Origin: Octopus bimaculoides
Taxonomy: Eukaryota
DNA: 64,000 nucleotides
Direction of reading: 5' to 3'
Assembly: GCF_001194135.2 (NCBI RefSeq)
Contig: NC_068991.1
Location: 49,773,916 to 49,837,915 of the forward strand
In this document: positions 51,182-63,324 of the stretch, piece after piece
Numbering within the stretch: the stretch's first letter is position 1
Layout of the letters: every line of letters begins with the position of its first letter
Program-made: the position numbers and the translations under genes
The notes under the pieces: generated by a model
Seen by the model: only the letters and a program-made list of their open reading frames with translations
Told to the model about the DNA's origin: nothing
Database searches by the model: none

Positions 51182-51235
51182 GAGAGAGAGAGAGAGTGAG
51201 TGAGTGAGTGAATGACAGAGATAATAGAAAGAGAG
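49634..51235. repeat. Blocks of compound (CA)/(TA)/(CATG)/(GA) microsatellites
   Basis: Direct inspection; these blocks generate the low-complexity H/T/Y/I/C/V ORFs in the ORF track. Confidence 0.9.
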
Positions 51236-51777
51236 ACAGAGATAGAATGAAAGGGATAAGCAAATTTTGGTGTTGAACACTTATATCAGAACAGTTTCAT
51301 GTTTTTAATTTTATGATAAATGATTTTGAAAATTTCAACATAAAACAGTTGACTATTTACAGATGGAATCAGTGATTCAGCATAATATTTGAATATTCAT
51401 GTAGCAGATGACTCAAATTACATCTTATGAAATCTGCAGCTGTTCTTAAATGAGTGTTTAACACCTGTGTGTATGTTTGTTATGTGTGTATTTGTGTGTA
51501 TATACATATACACAAATACCAAGGTGTGCTATTAATGTAAAACATGAACAAATATGAAATATCTTTGAAAATGATTGGATCAAGTGGTTAGTATATCAAC
51601 AAATGACAATGGCCTTCAAGAGGTCAAGTTTGAAAAAAAACAATTACCATCTGAATTACATTTCAAAGATTAGGAAAAGTTAGTATTTTTAATAAGAATG
51701 AAGCAAATTGTCTTTGTTTTAAGTAGGCAGTGAGTCCACTACAATGTTATTTGATACAGAATACCACTGTGACTCAC

Positions 51778-51828
51778 CTGATGGTCTTCAATACCTGTCT
51801 GTGATTCCGCAAAAGTGACATTTTTTCT
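51778..51828 (-). CDS. Candidate 51-nt EML cassette exon (phase 0-0: RKNVTFAESQTGIEDHQ)
   Basis: ttgttatctag|AGA ... CAG|gtgagt consensus donor. Symmetric length and an open frame matching the inferred phase-0 intron. No transcript evidence available. Confidence 0.4.
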
Positions 51829-52575
51829 CTAGATAACAACAGGACCAAATAGACAGTTGAACGACATGCGTGATAGAAACAGGTAGAAAATACTGGACTT
51901 CAAGTTGAAAGATGTGTCATAAAACAAATCTTAAAACAATTGAGAGGAGTAAAGGAGCAGAACAGAGATGTAGATTTATAAATGCACAAATTTACCAAAT
52001 TGTACGACAAATAACCAGAATTTAGAAATCCATGTATATTCCCATTCATGTTACAGTACTAATATCCTTTGGTGTGAATCCAGAATTTGAGTATGTCAAA
52101 AATTAACAAATACATCAAGGAAATCTCCTGTACTGAATGCAGCACAAACTTTCTCCCTTATTTAGGCAATGCCACCAACCTTAATCTAATAGAGATTATA
52201 ACGCTCAACTCATGACAGAATATCCTATAGTTTAGTTACATGAAAGGAAAGGATAACTCCTTAAACATCCCACATAAAGCAAATACCAACGAACCAAACA
52301 ATTTTTATAGGAGGCATCATAACTGTAGCTATTCCATAAAACATTCATAACAAAACCACATTGTAAACTTCCATATTTTAAATAGCTAGAATAACAGTCT
52401 TGTGAATTCCTGTATATGCTACAACACTAAAGACACACATTAACACAAATGGTAAAAACACTAATAGAGGAACAGAAGGAAATAGCAGTAAGAAAACTTC
52501 TATTACTCTAAAACTGAATCTGCCAGCAGATATGTTAACATCAATGATTCAGATATTGAGTTGATTGTGCATACA

Positions 52576-52611
<36 letters not shown>

Positions 52612-53024
52612 TAGTTCACAAACAGTTGGCTTGACTTTGAATAGGCTCCTATGTATGTGCTGATGTACGTGACCTAGGAGGCCTATACATACTAGACATA
52701 GTTACATAGTTTTTCTTTCTTGTTACAGTCATTGAACTGTGGCCATGCTGGGCATTGCCTTAAAGGTTGTAGTTAAAGAAATCAATCTGGAACTAATTCT
52801 GTTTTGCTTTTTTTGCTGAACAAGCAAGTTGCTGGAACATAAACATACACCAGTTTTTATGTAAGGATAGACAAAAGACACAGGTACAGAGACGCATGCA
52901 CATTATATAAATATATATATTTCAAAGCAAATAAACAAAAAGGTAAGAATTAAAATTTTAGAGAGGTTGCAGCTGTTTCATAATCCGCTCAGAATTCCAT
53001 CATCGACTTCAGTGTAGACATGTA

Positions 53025-53107
53025 CACACGTGTGTGTATACAAAGATGTGTGTATACAAACATACATGTGCGTGTGTATCTATATATATAAATGTATATA
53101 TATAATG

Positions 53108-53150
<43 letters not shown>

Positions 53151-53338
53151 ATATATATATATATATATATAATATATATATATATATAATGTATGTATAT
53201 ATATATAATGTATGTATGTATATATATTATATATAAAGTATATATGTGTGTGTGTATATATATATATATAATGTATGTATGTATATATTATATATAAAGT
53301 ATATATGTGTGTGTGTATATATGTATATATATATATAA

Positions 53339-53380
<42 letters not shown>

Positions 53381-53415
53381 ATGTAATATATATATAGAGA
53401 GAGAGAGCGAGAGAA
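53025..53415. repeat. (TA)n-rich compound microsatellite
   Basis: Direct inspection. Confidence 0.9.
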
Positions 53416-53762
53416 AAAAAGAAAAGTTATACACATGCAAAGTCATACAATGACACATGGAAGAGAGATTACTACATCTAACTGCATCAAAATGGATGTA
53501 TTAGAACAATATTCATTTATTTATACACAAGGTGGAGTGGAGAAAATACCAGAGGTTAATGATATAAACGAAATCAAAAGTAAAATAGAAAGGGAATAAA
53601 CTGACATTCCTTAAAGCTACAGGGGTGAATTACATTGGAATTTAATTAGCCAAGGGACCTGATAATCAAGTTCTTATCTGGAGTGTTTATGGTAGGTTAC
53701 ACTCGATTCTTTGAATCCAATTCTTATATTATACATGTACACATGTTTGCACACAAGAACAT

Positions 53763-53821
<59 letters not shown>

Positions 53822-54661
53822 NNNNNNNNNNNNNNNNNNNNNNNNNNNNNNNNNNNNNNNNNNNNNNNNNNNNNNNNNNNNNNNNNNNNNNNNNNNNNNN
53901 NNNNNNNNNNNNNNNNNNNNNNNNNNNNNNNNNNNNNNNNNNNNNNNNNNNNNNNNNNNNNNNNNNNNNNNNNNNNNNNNNNNNNNNNNNNNNNNNNNNN
54001 NNNNNNNNNNNNNNNNNNNNNNNNNNNNNNNNNNNNNNNNNNNNNNNNNNNNNNNNNNNNNNNNNNNNNNNNNNNNNNNNNNNNNNNNNNNNNNNNNNNN
54101 NNNNNNNNNNNNNNNNNNNNNNNNNNNNNNNNNNNNNNNNNNNNNNNNNNNNNNNNNNNNNNNNNNNNNNNNNNNNNNNNNNNNNNNNNNNNNNNNNNNN
54201 NNNNNNNNNNNNNNNNNNNNNNNNNNNNNNNNNNNNNNNNNNNNNNNNNNNNNNNNNNNNNNNNNNNNNNNNNNNNNNNNNNNNNNNNNNNNNNNNNNNN
54301 NNNNNNNNNNNNNNNNNNNNNNNNNNNNNNNNNNNNNNNNNNNNNNNNNNNNNNNNNNNNNNNNNNNNNNNNNNAACAGGTTGAAAATGGACAAAATTAT
54401 TTATACAAATATTTATTTCAATGAAACAATTTTCACAGTAGTTTTACAGTAAAAGTATCAGTATATGTTCTCACAAAGTTAGCTTTACACACACAGCACA
54501 ACAGAGAGAGATAAATCACATATTATTGAAAAGTTCTCATATAAAAAAAAGGTTTCACTGAATAAATTTCAGTGCATGTTGTAGCCCAAGGGGATTCTGA
54601 AGTAGAGGCTAAGTCAGTTTTAACTAATAAAAATCATATTTAACTTTATGTATGCACACAC

Positions 54662-54699
<38 letters not shown>

Positions 54700-54707
54700 T
54701 AAATGCA

Positions 54708-55075
54708 TGCATCATCATCCTTCTCCTCTAACGTCTGTTTTCCATACTAGCATGGGTTGGGTGGCTTGACCAGGGCTGGAAAGCTGCACCAGGTTCCAGT
54801 CTGATTCGACATGGTTTCTGCAGCCGGATGCCCTTCCTAACACCAACCACCTCACAGTGTGTGCTGGGTGCTTTTAAGATCAAACCTGCATGAGTGCCTT
54901 TACATGGCACCAGCATGAGTGCTTCTTATGTGACACTGGCACAGAACTCTTGCAGGCCAATCCTTTTCACCAGCAGATGCAGCCTTAACATATCTGCTAT
55001 GCAAGACAGGTCTTCTTGAGTACAGAAAGGTGCCAGGTATCTTGATCCTTTGACATCTCATCCAAAAGGTTTGGC
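54708..55075 (-). mobile_element. RTE-tail element with (CAT)n tail
   Basis: taacgtctgttttccatactagcatgggttgg...ggatgcccttcctaacaccaaccac...cttgagtacagaaaggtgccagg; homologous to 4750-5030. Confidence 0.8.
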
Positions 55076-55187
55076 GTTAAGTCTTAACACTTACAAACCA
55101 TAAACCATTTAGCTAATTATCAAGGCAACATTTAACACTAAATTAAAGAAAATCTGATACTTTGCAGTAAAGCTTCTAAAGACAAGA

Positions 55188-55600
55188 AGTGGCTGTATGA
55201 TTAAAAGTCTTGCATCACGATTATGTAATGCCAGGTTCAACCTCATTGTGTTGCACTTTGGGCAAGTGGCTTTTACCAAAGCCTTGAACTAACTAGTGCC
55301 TTGTCAACAGAATTTGATAAATGGGAACTGGAGGCCCATTGTGTACATGTATGTAGACAGGAGAAACTTCCATTAATATCTGTGAAAAATATAAACATGA
55401 GTTATAAAAACATGTGTTTTCAAGTTAAGTTCTTTGTGATAGTTGTTCCACTTGAATTGCACCAGGGTCAATATCGTGAACCAGTGATTACCCCATTGGA
55501 AATCCAAAAATAGAATAAGTACCAGTTGGTCACTGGGGATCTGATGTAATCAACAAACTCCTTCTGAAACTACTGGCCATGTGTCAAAATTTGAAACCAA
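55188..55600 (+). mobile_element. Old SINE family A copy
   Basis: gtggctgtatgatt...ccaggttcaa...ctttgggcaagtg...ataagtaccag. Confidence 0.6.
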
Positions 55601-55770
55601 CATTACATAACTAAGAGTTATTCTTGTAACAAATGGTTGAAGATCTAAGCTCACTACTCACATTTCATTATTATCACACAGCCTTACATATATCACATAT
55701 AACCTGCCTTTCAAACTGAAAGGGTAATATTTCATTTCTAAAAGAGGTAGTAGTTAAACCCTGATTTTCA

Positions 55771-56049
<279 letters not shown>

Positions 56050-57196
56050 TTATTCCCAACAGTAATCAGTCATTTGTAATATGCTTGTGGTCTTGATATT
56101 TTATTAAGAGAATCAAAAGACACAATGTAGTAGAGTATCTGTGACTAAACTGTGGCCAATAAGCAAATTCAATAGTTCATGTATTTAGTAAATAACCGAT
56201 GAATCAAATAAAATTTCTTTTGGCTATAAAAAAAAGGAATTTTTTAAATTCTTGATAGAAAAGGAAATTACATTTGCTTAGCATTGTAAATGATTTTAGT
56301 GCAAAGATTTATAGAAGAGTGAAAATGGAAAATTCTAACTCACAATATTGGTTCATTCCATCTTAGAAATGTCATCTCAGTGAATCTTGGAAACAGATTC
56401 AGATTAAAGACCTATCAAATAAATTAATTCAACCAGTATACATATCCTGCTAAATCACTACCATTGTTGGTTCAATGCCAGATCACTATAGAAGACATCA
56501 ATAGCTAGTCTTCACCTAATGACAAGAAAATTGGGATTTTAATTCACAGCAGAACATCGGTAGGAAGGTTGCTGCTAGCTCCTCCTATTTGAATATTTGC
56601 AATTGTTTTGACAAATTGCTGAGGAGATCCCATAGTAGATAGTTAATCAAATGGCCCAAGTGTCTCAATTGGCAGTCTTTGACAGTTGAAACTGATAACA
56701 TAACTTTATGTTTTAATTTCTTATATATAATAGTAACAATGGTCTGCAGTGTAATGCAATGGAACCTGGTTTGACTATAAGGTCTATAAACAGTAGAAAT
56801 TCTTACTTCTATAAGGAAAGACATTTATGACAGTTTCTTTGTAGAAATTGGATTTAAATGGGGTGTTGAAGGTTCAAAACTCAGAATTTTGGAACTAAAA
56901 GATTACTCTAGGAAATTATTAATCTTAAGTTACAGGATCTTTAGTGATTCATTTGCTGAGTCTATTGAATGCTTGTACAAGATTAAAAAAAAATTGCTAT
57001 CCAGTGTGTAAGTGTCTTCCTTATACTACAGGTTACCATGTCAAATAAAAGTGAGACATTCAGTATTCATGAAAACGATTAAAAGAATACTTACAAGACT
57101 AGTTTTGAATTTTTGCAACCAAATTTTTAAAAGTTATGAGATACAAAAATAAAAGAAAATCATCACAAATTCTTTTAAAATATTAAAAATTAAATA

Positions 57197-57574
57197 CAAT
57201 AGAAGCTGCTTATTATGATCACTTAGGGATCAAATTTTTTTCAATAACAATAACTAGCTGATGATATTAACTCTTTAGTATTCAGATTACTCTGTCAAAT
57301 GTATTGTTATTTATTCACATTGTTTTGAATTAATCATGCATTATCAAATAGCTTTGAGATTTTGATGATGTGATTGTTTATTTTAAGAATGACATTATGG
57401 GATAAATGCAAAGGCCAGATCTAAGTAGTTTGAACATAAAACATGTAGAATATTTTGGCCAGATATGGCCAGTTTAAATGCTAAAGGGTTAAGCAAACAA
57501 GTTTACAATAATTTTAGTAAACAATAACCAGTTGATGATATTATCTGTGATAATAATAATAAGCAGCTTCATTG
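57197..57574. mobile_element. TA-flanked MITE with TIRs, interrupted by a piggyBac-type MITE
   Basis: TA|caatagaagctgcttattatgatcac ... gtgataataataataagcagcttcattg|TA. Confidence 0.75.
57271..57488. mobile_element. piggyBac-type MITE, copy 4 (reverse orientation, nested)
   Basis: TTAA|CTCTTTAGTATTC ... AAATGCTAAAGGG|TTAA. Confidence 0.85.
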
Positions 57575-57623
57575 TAAATAAATGAATAAAAATAAGCTTT
57601 GCTAAAACAAATAGGAAGGATAC

Positions 57624-57750
57624 ACCCATTCAAGTTGTAGTTTTTCAGAAGGAGGTTCTACAGTCTTTGTCATGCTGAAATCAGTAACGCTGGATGGAGC
57701 ATACAGATTTATAGGACGGCCTCGCAAATATATTTTCAGATAGCCTTCAT
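57624..57750 (-). CDS. EML1: EML/EMAP exon, start of the HELP motif ((x)EGYLKIYLRGRPINLYAP...LQLEWV)
   Basis: Acceptor tattttcag|AT and donor TGGGT|gtatcc. 127 nt, phase 1-2. LRGRP and LEWVYGY are EMAP HELP-motif hallmarks. The symbol is family-level (EML1-4-like). Confidence 0.95.
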
Positions 57751-58535
57751 CTGAAAAATAAAATTATTGCAAATCAACAAATAATAACTGAATTAATAAC
57801 TGAAACAAAACAGTACATTCTTGTAATTGGATGCAAAGTCAATATTTGCAGGAAGAGGTGAAATGAGGATATAACCAATTCCAATAGGGAAACTCTGAAC
57901 ATTAAATTTTCCTTCTAAACAGGACTTTAAAATCCTTTTGGTACCAACTCACCTGAAGTCGTCCCTGGTTCCAGGATACAAAACCTCTAGTTTTAAAGTA
58001 ATCTAAGTTAAAATCTTCCACCAAAATTTTAAGTAAATTTGTTTCAAATGCAATTTAATGACAGAGTCTGGTGTAGCCATCTGGTTCCACCAGTCCTCAG
58101 TCAAATTGTCCAACCCATGCTAGCATGGAAAGCAGACGTTAAACGACGATGATGATGATGATGATTACAGTAAATTTTTCATTATTTTAAAAATTAATTG
58201 AAATAAAATTGGTATATTTCAACAGAAATATGGTAATGAAAGGGTTAAGATTTGTTATATGAGATTTTGGTAGCTGGATAAAAATTCATATGGATACTTG
58301 AGATTATCAGTTATGTTCATGGATAAGACAACTTTAATCTGTTACAAAAGAATGTTAATGAAGATAAGGGTTTAAGCAAAATGATGAAACCTCAACAGTT
58401 GAAGTTTAGAGGATGGTAGGATGCTCAAGGTTTGAGTCAATGGAGAAGTTTTTGTATTTAGCTAATGAAATGGATAAGGGACATAATCTCAAACTAGTTT
58501 TGTGCACTTTGTTAAGAATTTTCATTGTATCTTAA

Positions 58536-58752
58536 CCCTTTAGCATTCAAATTTCTTTGTGAAATTTATTGCTTATTTATTCATACTGTTTTAAATTAAT
58601 CACATATCTTGTAACTTCAAAATTTGAATGGTGTGGATATATATTTTTTAAATGACATTGTAGGGTAGGTGTGAGAGGTTGGATACAGACAGTTTTGACA
58701 TAAAACAGGTGGAATATTTGGGCTGGATATGGCCAGATTAAATGCTAAAGGG
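58536..58752. mobile_element. piggyBac-type MITE, copy 5 (reverse orientation)
   Basis: TTAA|CCCTTTAGCATTC ... AAATGCTAAAGGG|TTAA. Confidence 0.88.
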
Positions 58753-60892
58753 TTAATAATGCTCTCTAAACTACAGGTCATTTGTGTATCAGAGATAAAA
58801 GGCAGACCTTGATTTTACTAACCTACATTCATTATTACTGTCAGCAAAAGATGTCGAAGTATTATGTAAAATATTTCCTTAGATATTTCTTAAGGAGATA
58901 CGATTGAGCAATAACAGCAGTCTATTTTTAACAAAGTGGGTTTTCAAATGTTCTTAATAGATGTTCAGAAGGAATGAATGGATGGATGGAAAGTTGGTTT
59001 AAGCATTTGTCAATTATAGTCAGGCTCATAGATTGACAATAACAAGTGGGAATCAATTGAGAGCAGTTGCTGTTTAACTCCATGTTAAGTTGAGTTCTGA
59101 TAAAGCATGCATATGATATAAAGTATTCCAGACATGACCATCGCATCTATTTCTCAGACATAGTATGTAAAAGATTATACCATCCTATGTGCCCACTTTT
59201 AAAAACAGTATGATTTGAAAGAGATTTAACAGTTATTTCTAGCAGGTCAAGCTAACACAGGCTCCCTCAACTTGTTTAGAGCATTCAGATCGATGTGTAC
59301 AAAGGGGAGAGAGAGAGAGAGAAATAGTGTGTGGGTGTGTGTGACAGTGAGTGAGTGAGAGTCAGAATCAAACAGGTAGGCATGATAGAATGTAAAATTT
59401 TCATACAAAATGATTTCATCAGCATTTAACATCTCCTTCCATGCTGTCATGGGTTGGCTGCTTTGACAGGAGCTGGCAAGTCAGAAGACTGTGCTAAGTT
59501 CTACTGTCTGCTTTGACATGGTTTCTATGGCTGGATTCCCTTCCTAATGTCAACCACTTAATGTACTGGATGCTTTTTACAAAGCACCATTGAGGTCACC
59601 AAATAACTTGTAAAAACACAACCCTGGTGCTATGGAAAAAGCACCCAGTACACATTATAAAGTGGTTAACATTAGGAAGGGGATTCATTAAATGCTGCTG
59701 CTGATGATGCATTCTGGGATAATTTTGAATAATAGTAATATTTGTCTGTTGAAGATAATACAATAAATCCTAGATATAGGAGTTAATTTGTTCCTGGAGA
59801 CCATTCATAAAGCAGAGCAATAATTTCCCATAGTAGCAATGTTATAAATTGTAATTCATTCCCAGAAAAATATTTTACCTATAAAATCTATAGTACTCAT
59901 AAATAAATGGCAATAAAACAATAGTAGAACATAAAGAATATTTTATGGAAAAAAGAATGTCTAGATCAGTTATAATAAAAAATATTATTATAATCATTTT
60001 CTGAATCACTTTCACTTGCACTAGATTCATGCACACCATCACCTGTAGATGTGATTGCCGATTCACAAATACTCGTAGACGGACTTGTAGATTTCTTTTT
60101 GACATAAAAAACAAGTCTTGGGGTGTTTGCTTAGAAGCAGCTTTTTTTGTCACTCTCTATAAGTTTCTCAGTAACAAGCAGAACCATTTGTTATGGTAGT
60201 AGAAACTTTTGCACTTCATTCAAAATTTGGATTTTATGCTTGAAAAATTTCAGCGCACCATACAAAAGTGAGCTGAAAACAAACTTGTAGACCAGAGGTC
60301 TTGAAAGTGAGGTATTACTGTACTCTTAACAAGAGTACAAAATTCCCTGAGGAGAAACAAAATGGATATTATGACTTTTTCACACACTGAATAAAACAAG
60401 TGTTTCTAAATGACATTTAAAAATATATTGCAGCATCAATTTAATAAAAACTGCTTTTTAAGAACACCAAAGTTGACAAAATCAAGAAGGAAGTTAAATT
60501 TAAAAAAAAAACTAAATGATCTAATTTCGTCTGAACCCCAAATAATAAAACTATTCCTGGTATATTTGCTGATTGCAGATTCAGAACCAATTATTTACAT
60601 CATTTTCTAAAGTGTTTGAGCATCAAAAGTTTTAATGTAAGCAGAAAATACAACTGACATTCACAGAAAATGCAATGAGAAGGATGCCTGCATGGCAGAG
60701 ATAAGAGTTGTTGGTTTGTTGAGAGCAAAGGAAGCTACAAAAGAACCTTGACATTACATCAAAGGGAGGAAAATTACAGCTAAAATAACAAAACAAATAA
60801 ACACATTCAGAGAAGCTCAATCTACATTTAGCAGCAAAAGGAAAATGTTTTAAACTAATAATTGGTGGTACATGTCACTATCTCAATCTTTA

Positions 60893-61250
60893 CAGATAAT
60901 TGCATTTAGCAGAAGTTTGCTTCCCAACCATGTTTTCAGGTTCAGTCCCACTGTATGGCACTTTGGTCAGGTGTCCTTTACTATAGCCCCAGACTGGCCA
61001 CAACCTTGTGAATGGATCTGGTAGACGAAAAGTGAAAAGAAGACTGTGTGTGAGTGTGTGTATGTTTGTGCTCGTTTCCACTTGACTACCAGTTTTGGCT
61101 TATGCATCAGTAGCTTAGAAGTTCCACAAAAGACACCAAAAGAATAATAATCAGATTTTAAAAAGCATGAAGGTCAGTTTGTTAAACTAAACCCTTCAAG
61201 GTGATGCTGCAGCATGGCCACAGTTCAATGACTGAAACTTGCAAAAAGAC
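60893..61250 (+). mobile_element. SINE family A copy
   Basis: caggttcagtcccactg...ctatagcc...ggatctggtagacg...gcagcatggccacagttcaatgactgaaac. Confidence 0.75.
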
Positions 61251-61287
61251 AAATATCATTGTGGTAATAATTACTGTTACTACTCAC

Positions 61288-61377
61288 AGTTATTTCCATC
61301 ATCCCGCCAGCCAGTCGAGAATGAGGCTTTGGACTGATATTTAAACATAGCTGACGCTTGATCAGCGAGGCCCATGA
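61288..61377 (-). CDS. Candidate upstream EML linker exon, 90 nt (phase 1-1: MGLADQASAMFKYQSKASFSTGWRDDGNN; or phase 0-0: SWASLIKRQLCLNISPKPHSRLAGGMMEIT)
   Basis: gttgttttag acceptor, gtgagt donor, length divisible by 3, two open frames, and CpGs retained in otherwise CpG-poor DNA. No recognisable homology. Confidence 0.45.
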
Positions 61378-61604
61378 CTAAAACAACTATTGACAGATAC
61401 CATACTCTCATTGTTAAAAGAGTAAAGCCCATTTATGGCCAATCATTTCCAGTCTTCTGTATTCAACAATCTCACCAGTTCGATAACCAAAATTACTCCA
61501 ATGATATTTGACAGAGTAACTGTTTTAATAAAAAACAACTCCATGAATGTTAATTCATATCCCCTCAAGAATTTTCATATGTGTATATCTGTGTATATAT
61601 ATAT

Positions 61605-61995
61605 ATCATCATCATCATCGTTTAACGTCCGCTTTCCATGCTAGTATGGGTTGGACGATTTGACTGAGGACTGGTGAAACCGGATGGCAACACCAGGCTC
61701 CAATCTAATTTGGCAGAGTTTCTACAGCTGGATGCCCTTCCTAATGCCAACCACTCAGAGAGTGTAGTGGGTGCTTTTACGTGTCACCCGCACGAAGGCC
61801 AGTCAGGCGGTACTGGCAACGGCCACGCTCGAAATGGTGTCTTTTATGTGCCACCCGCACAAAAGCCAGTCCAGGGGCACTGTCAACGATCTCGCTCGAA
61901 AACTCTACGAAGGCCAGTCAGGCGGCACTGGCAACGGTCATGCTCAAACTGGTGCATCTTATGTGCCACCCGCACAAGAGTCAGTCCAGGGGCAT
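61605..61995 (-). mobile_element. RTE-tail SINE with an internally duplicated hairpin module
   Basis: (CAT)n + tttaacgtccgctttccatgc. A ~115-bp internal unit is repeated (61794-61908, 61909-61994). Confidence 0.88.
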
Positions 61996-63324
61996 ATATA
62001 TACATATACTGTTTTAATGTCTGCTTTTCCATGCTTACATGGAACATTTTGAATTTATTGAGACACATTTTCTATAGCTGGATGAGCTTCCACTTGCCAA
62101 CAAAGCAAAGTAATATTTCCCAATAATCAGATATGTTTTACAAAAAGCTGGAATTGAGAAAGACACTCATTGACAGATAGCATGTGATGTCAGTTCAAAA
62201 AGACATGCTCCTACCTATACTTCCATTCACAAGGCTTTTGGTTGTGAAGAAGTTACAGAAAAAAAAAAACCATCCAAGAGACTGTACAACACACAAATTG
62301 GATAGGTATGAGTCCATGGGTAATTTTAGTTGACTATGTTGGATATGTGAGACTGTATAACTATGAAGAACAGACATTACACGAAATGCTTTGTACGTGG
62401 CAGAAAACAAAGGACAACAAACAACCTATTATTGGTCGCAGTCATTTGACTAAGGCCATGTAATATGGAAGTATAGGATCATAAATACAATACAATTCTA
62501 GTACAGAAGAACAATTAGTTCCACATTCAGATAGAGGTCATTACTTACTTTATGTCATGTGGTCTGTACAAGATAAATACATTCAAACATCATTGTTGAT
62601 TGAATTTAAAACTTTGCACAAAACAACATTTTCTTCTCACTCTATACCACATCATTCATAGAAAAACAACTAACTTGAGAGCACAGTATGTTTTTCCACT
62701 GGAGTTTTCATGACTATGGGCTTGGGTCAGCTGCACAATTTGTTGGCTCACAAGCAGAATGTTTACATGAGATACTACTAATGTGAATGGCTGTTGGCTC
62801 ACAATGAGCTCATCCCATTTTTNNNNNNNNNNNNNNNNNNNNNNNNNNNNNNNNNNNNNNNNNNNNNNNNNNNNNNNNNNNNNNNNNNNNNNNNNNNNNN
62901 NNNNNNNNNNNNNNNNNNNNNNNNAAATACTCTCCTCATCTGGTAGGCCAAGATGGTGTGGGTGGTGGGGACAACAGTTTACTCACCAACCACTCAAACC
63001 GAGTTACAGTAGCAGGACTTTCCTGGCCTGACCTCAACCTCCCCCAGATACTATGTTTATAATTTTCTAACAGAAATGTAATAACACCCACACCAATTCA
63101 ACCTCTGAACTAGGCTGTGTAACTGATTTCTCTTCAAATCTCTTGTGAATCTTAAAACACAACTAAAACCAGTTTTCTTCACAAAGAATGTCATGCCCTA
63201 CATTTGTGACATTTGCTTTACACAATAACTTACATGGCTGACTGATTCCCGAAAAAATGAATTCTCACATTAAAAAAAAATATCTCCTCACTATAACTTC
63301 TGATAAATCCACACCCAACGAGCA

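Noticed and set aside
57953-57986. 34-nt minus-strand segment with AG/GTGAGT sites, phase 0-1 (RFCILEPGTTS)
   Set aside because: No EML similarity, a weak acceptor, and it appears to sit in repeat-derived sequence. Cannot be supported without transcripts.
58823-58921. Minus-strand AG...GTAG|gttagt segment as the exon preceding the HELP exon
   Set aside because: The phase-1 frame has a stop or an implausibly hydrophobic translation, and there is no homology.
61674-62126. 150-aa ORF (MKPDGNTRLQSNLAEF...), also at 21836-22078
   Set aside because: It lies on the antisense strand of a repeated SINE; the recurrence reflects the repeat, not a gene.
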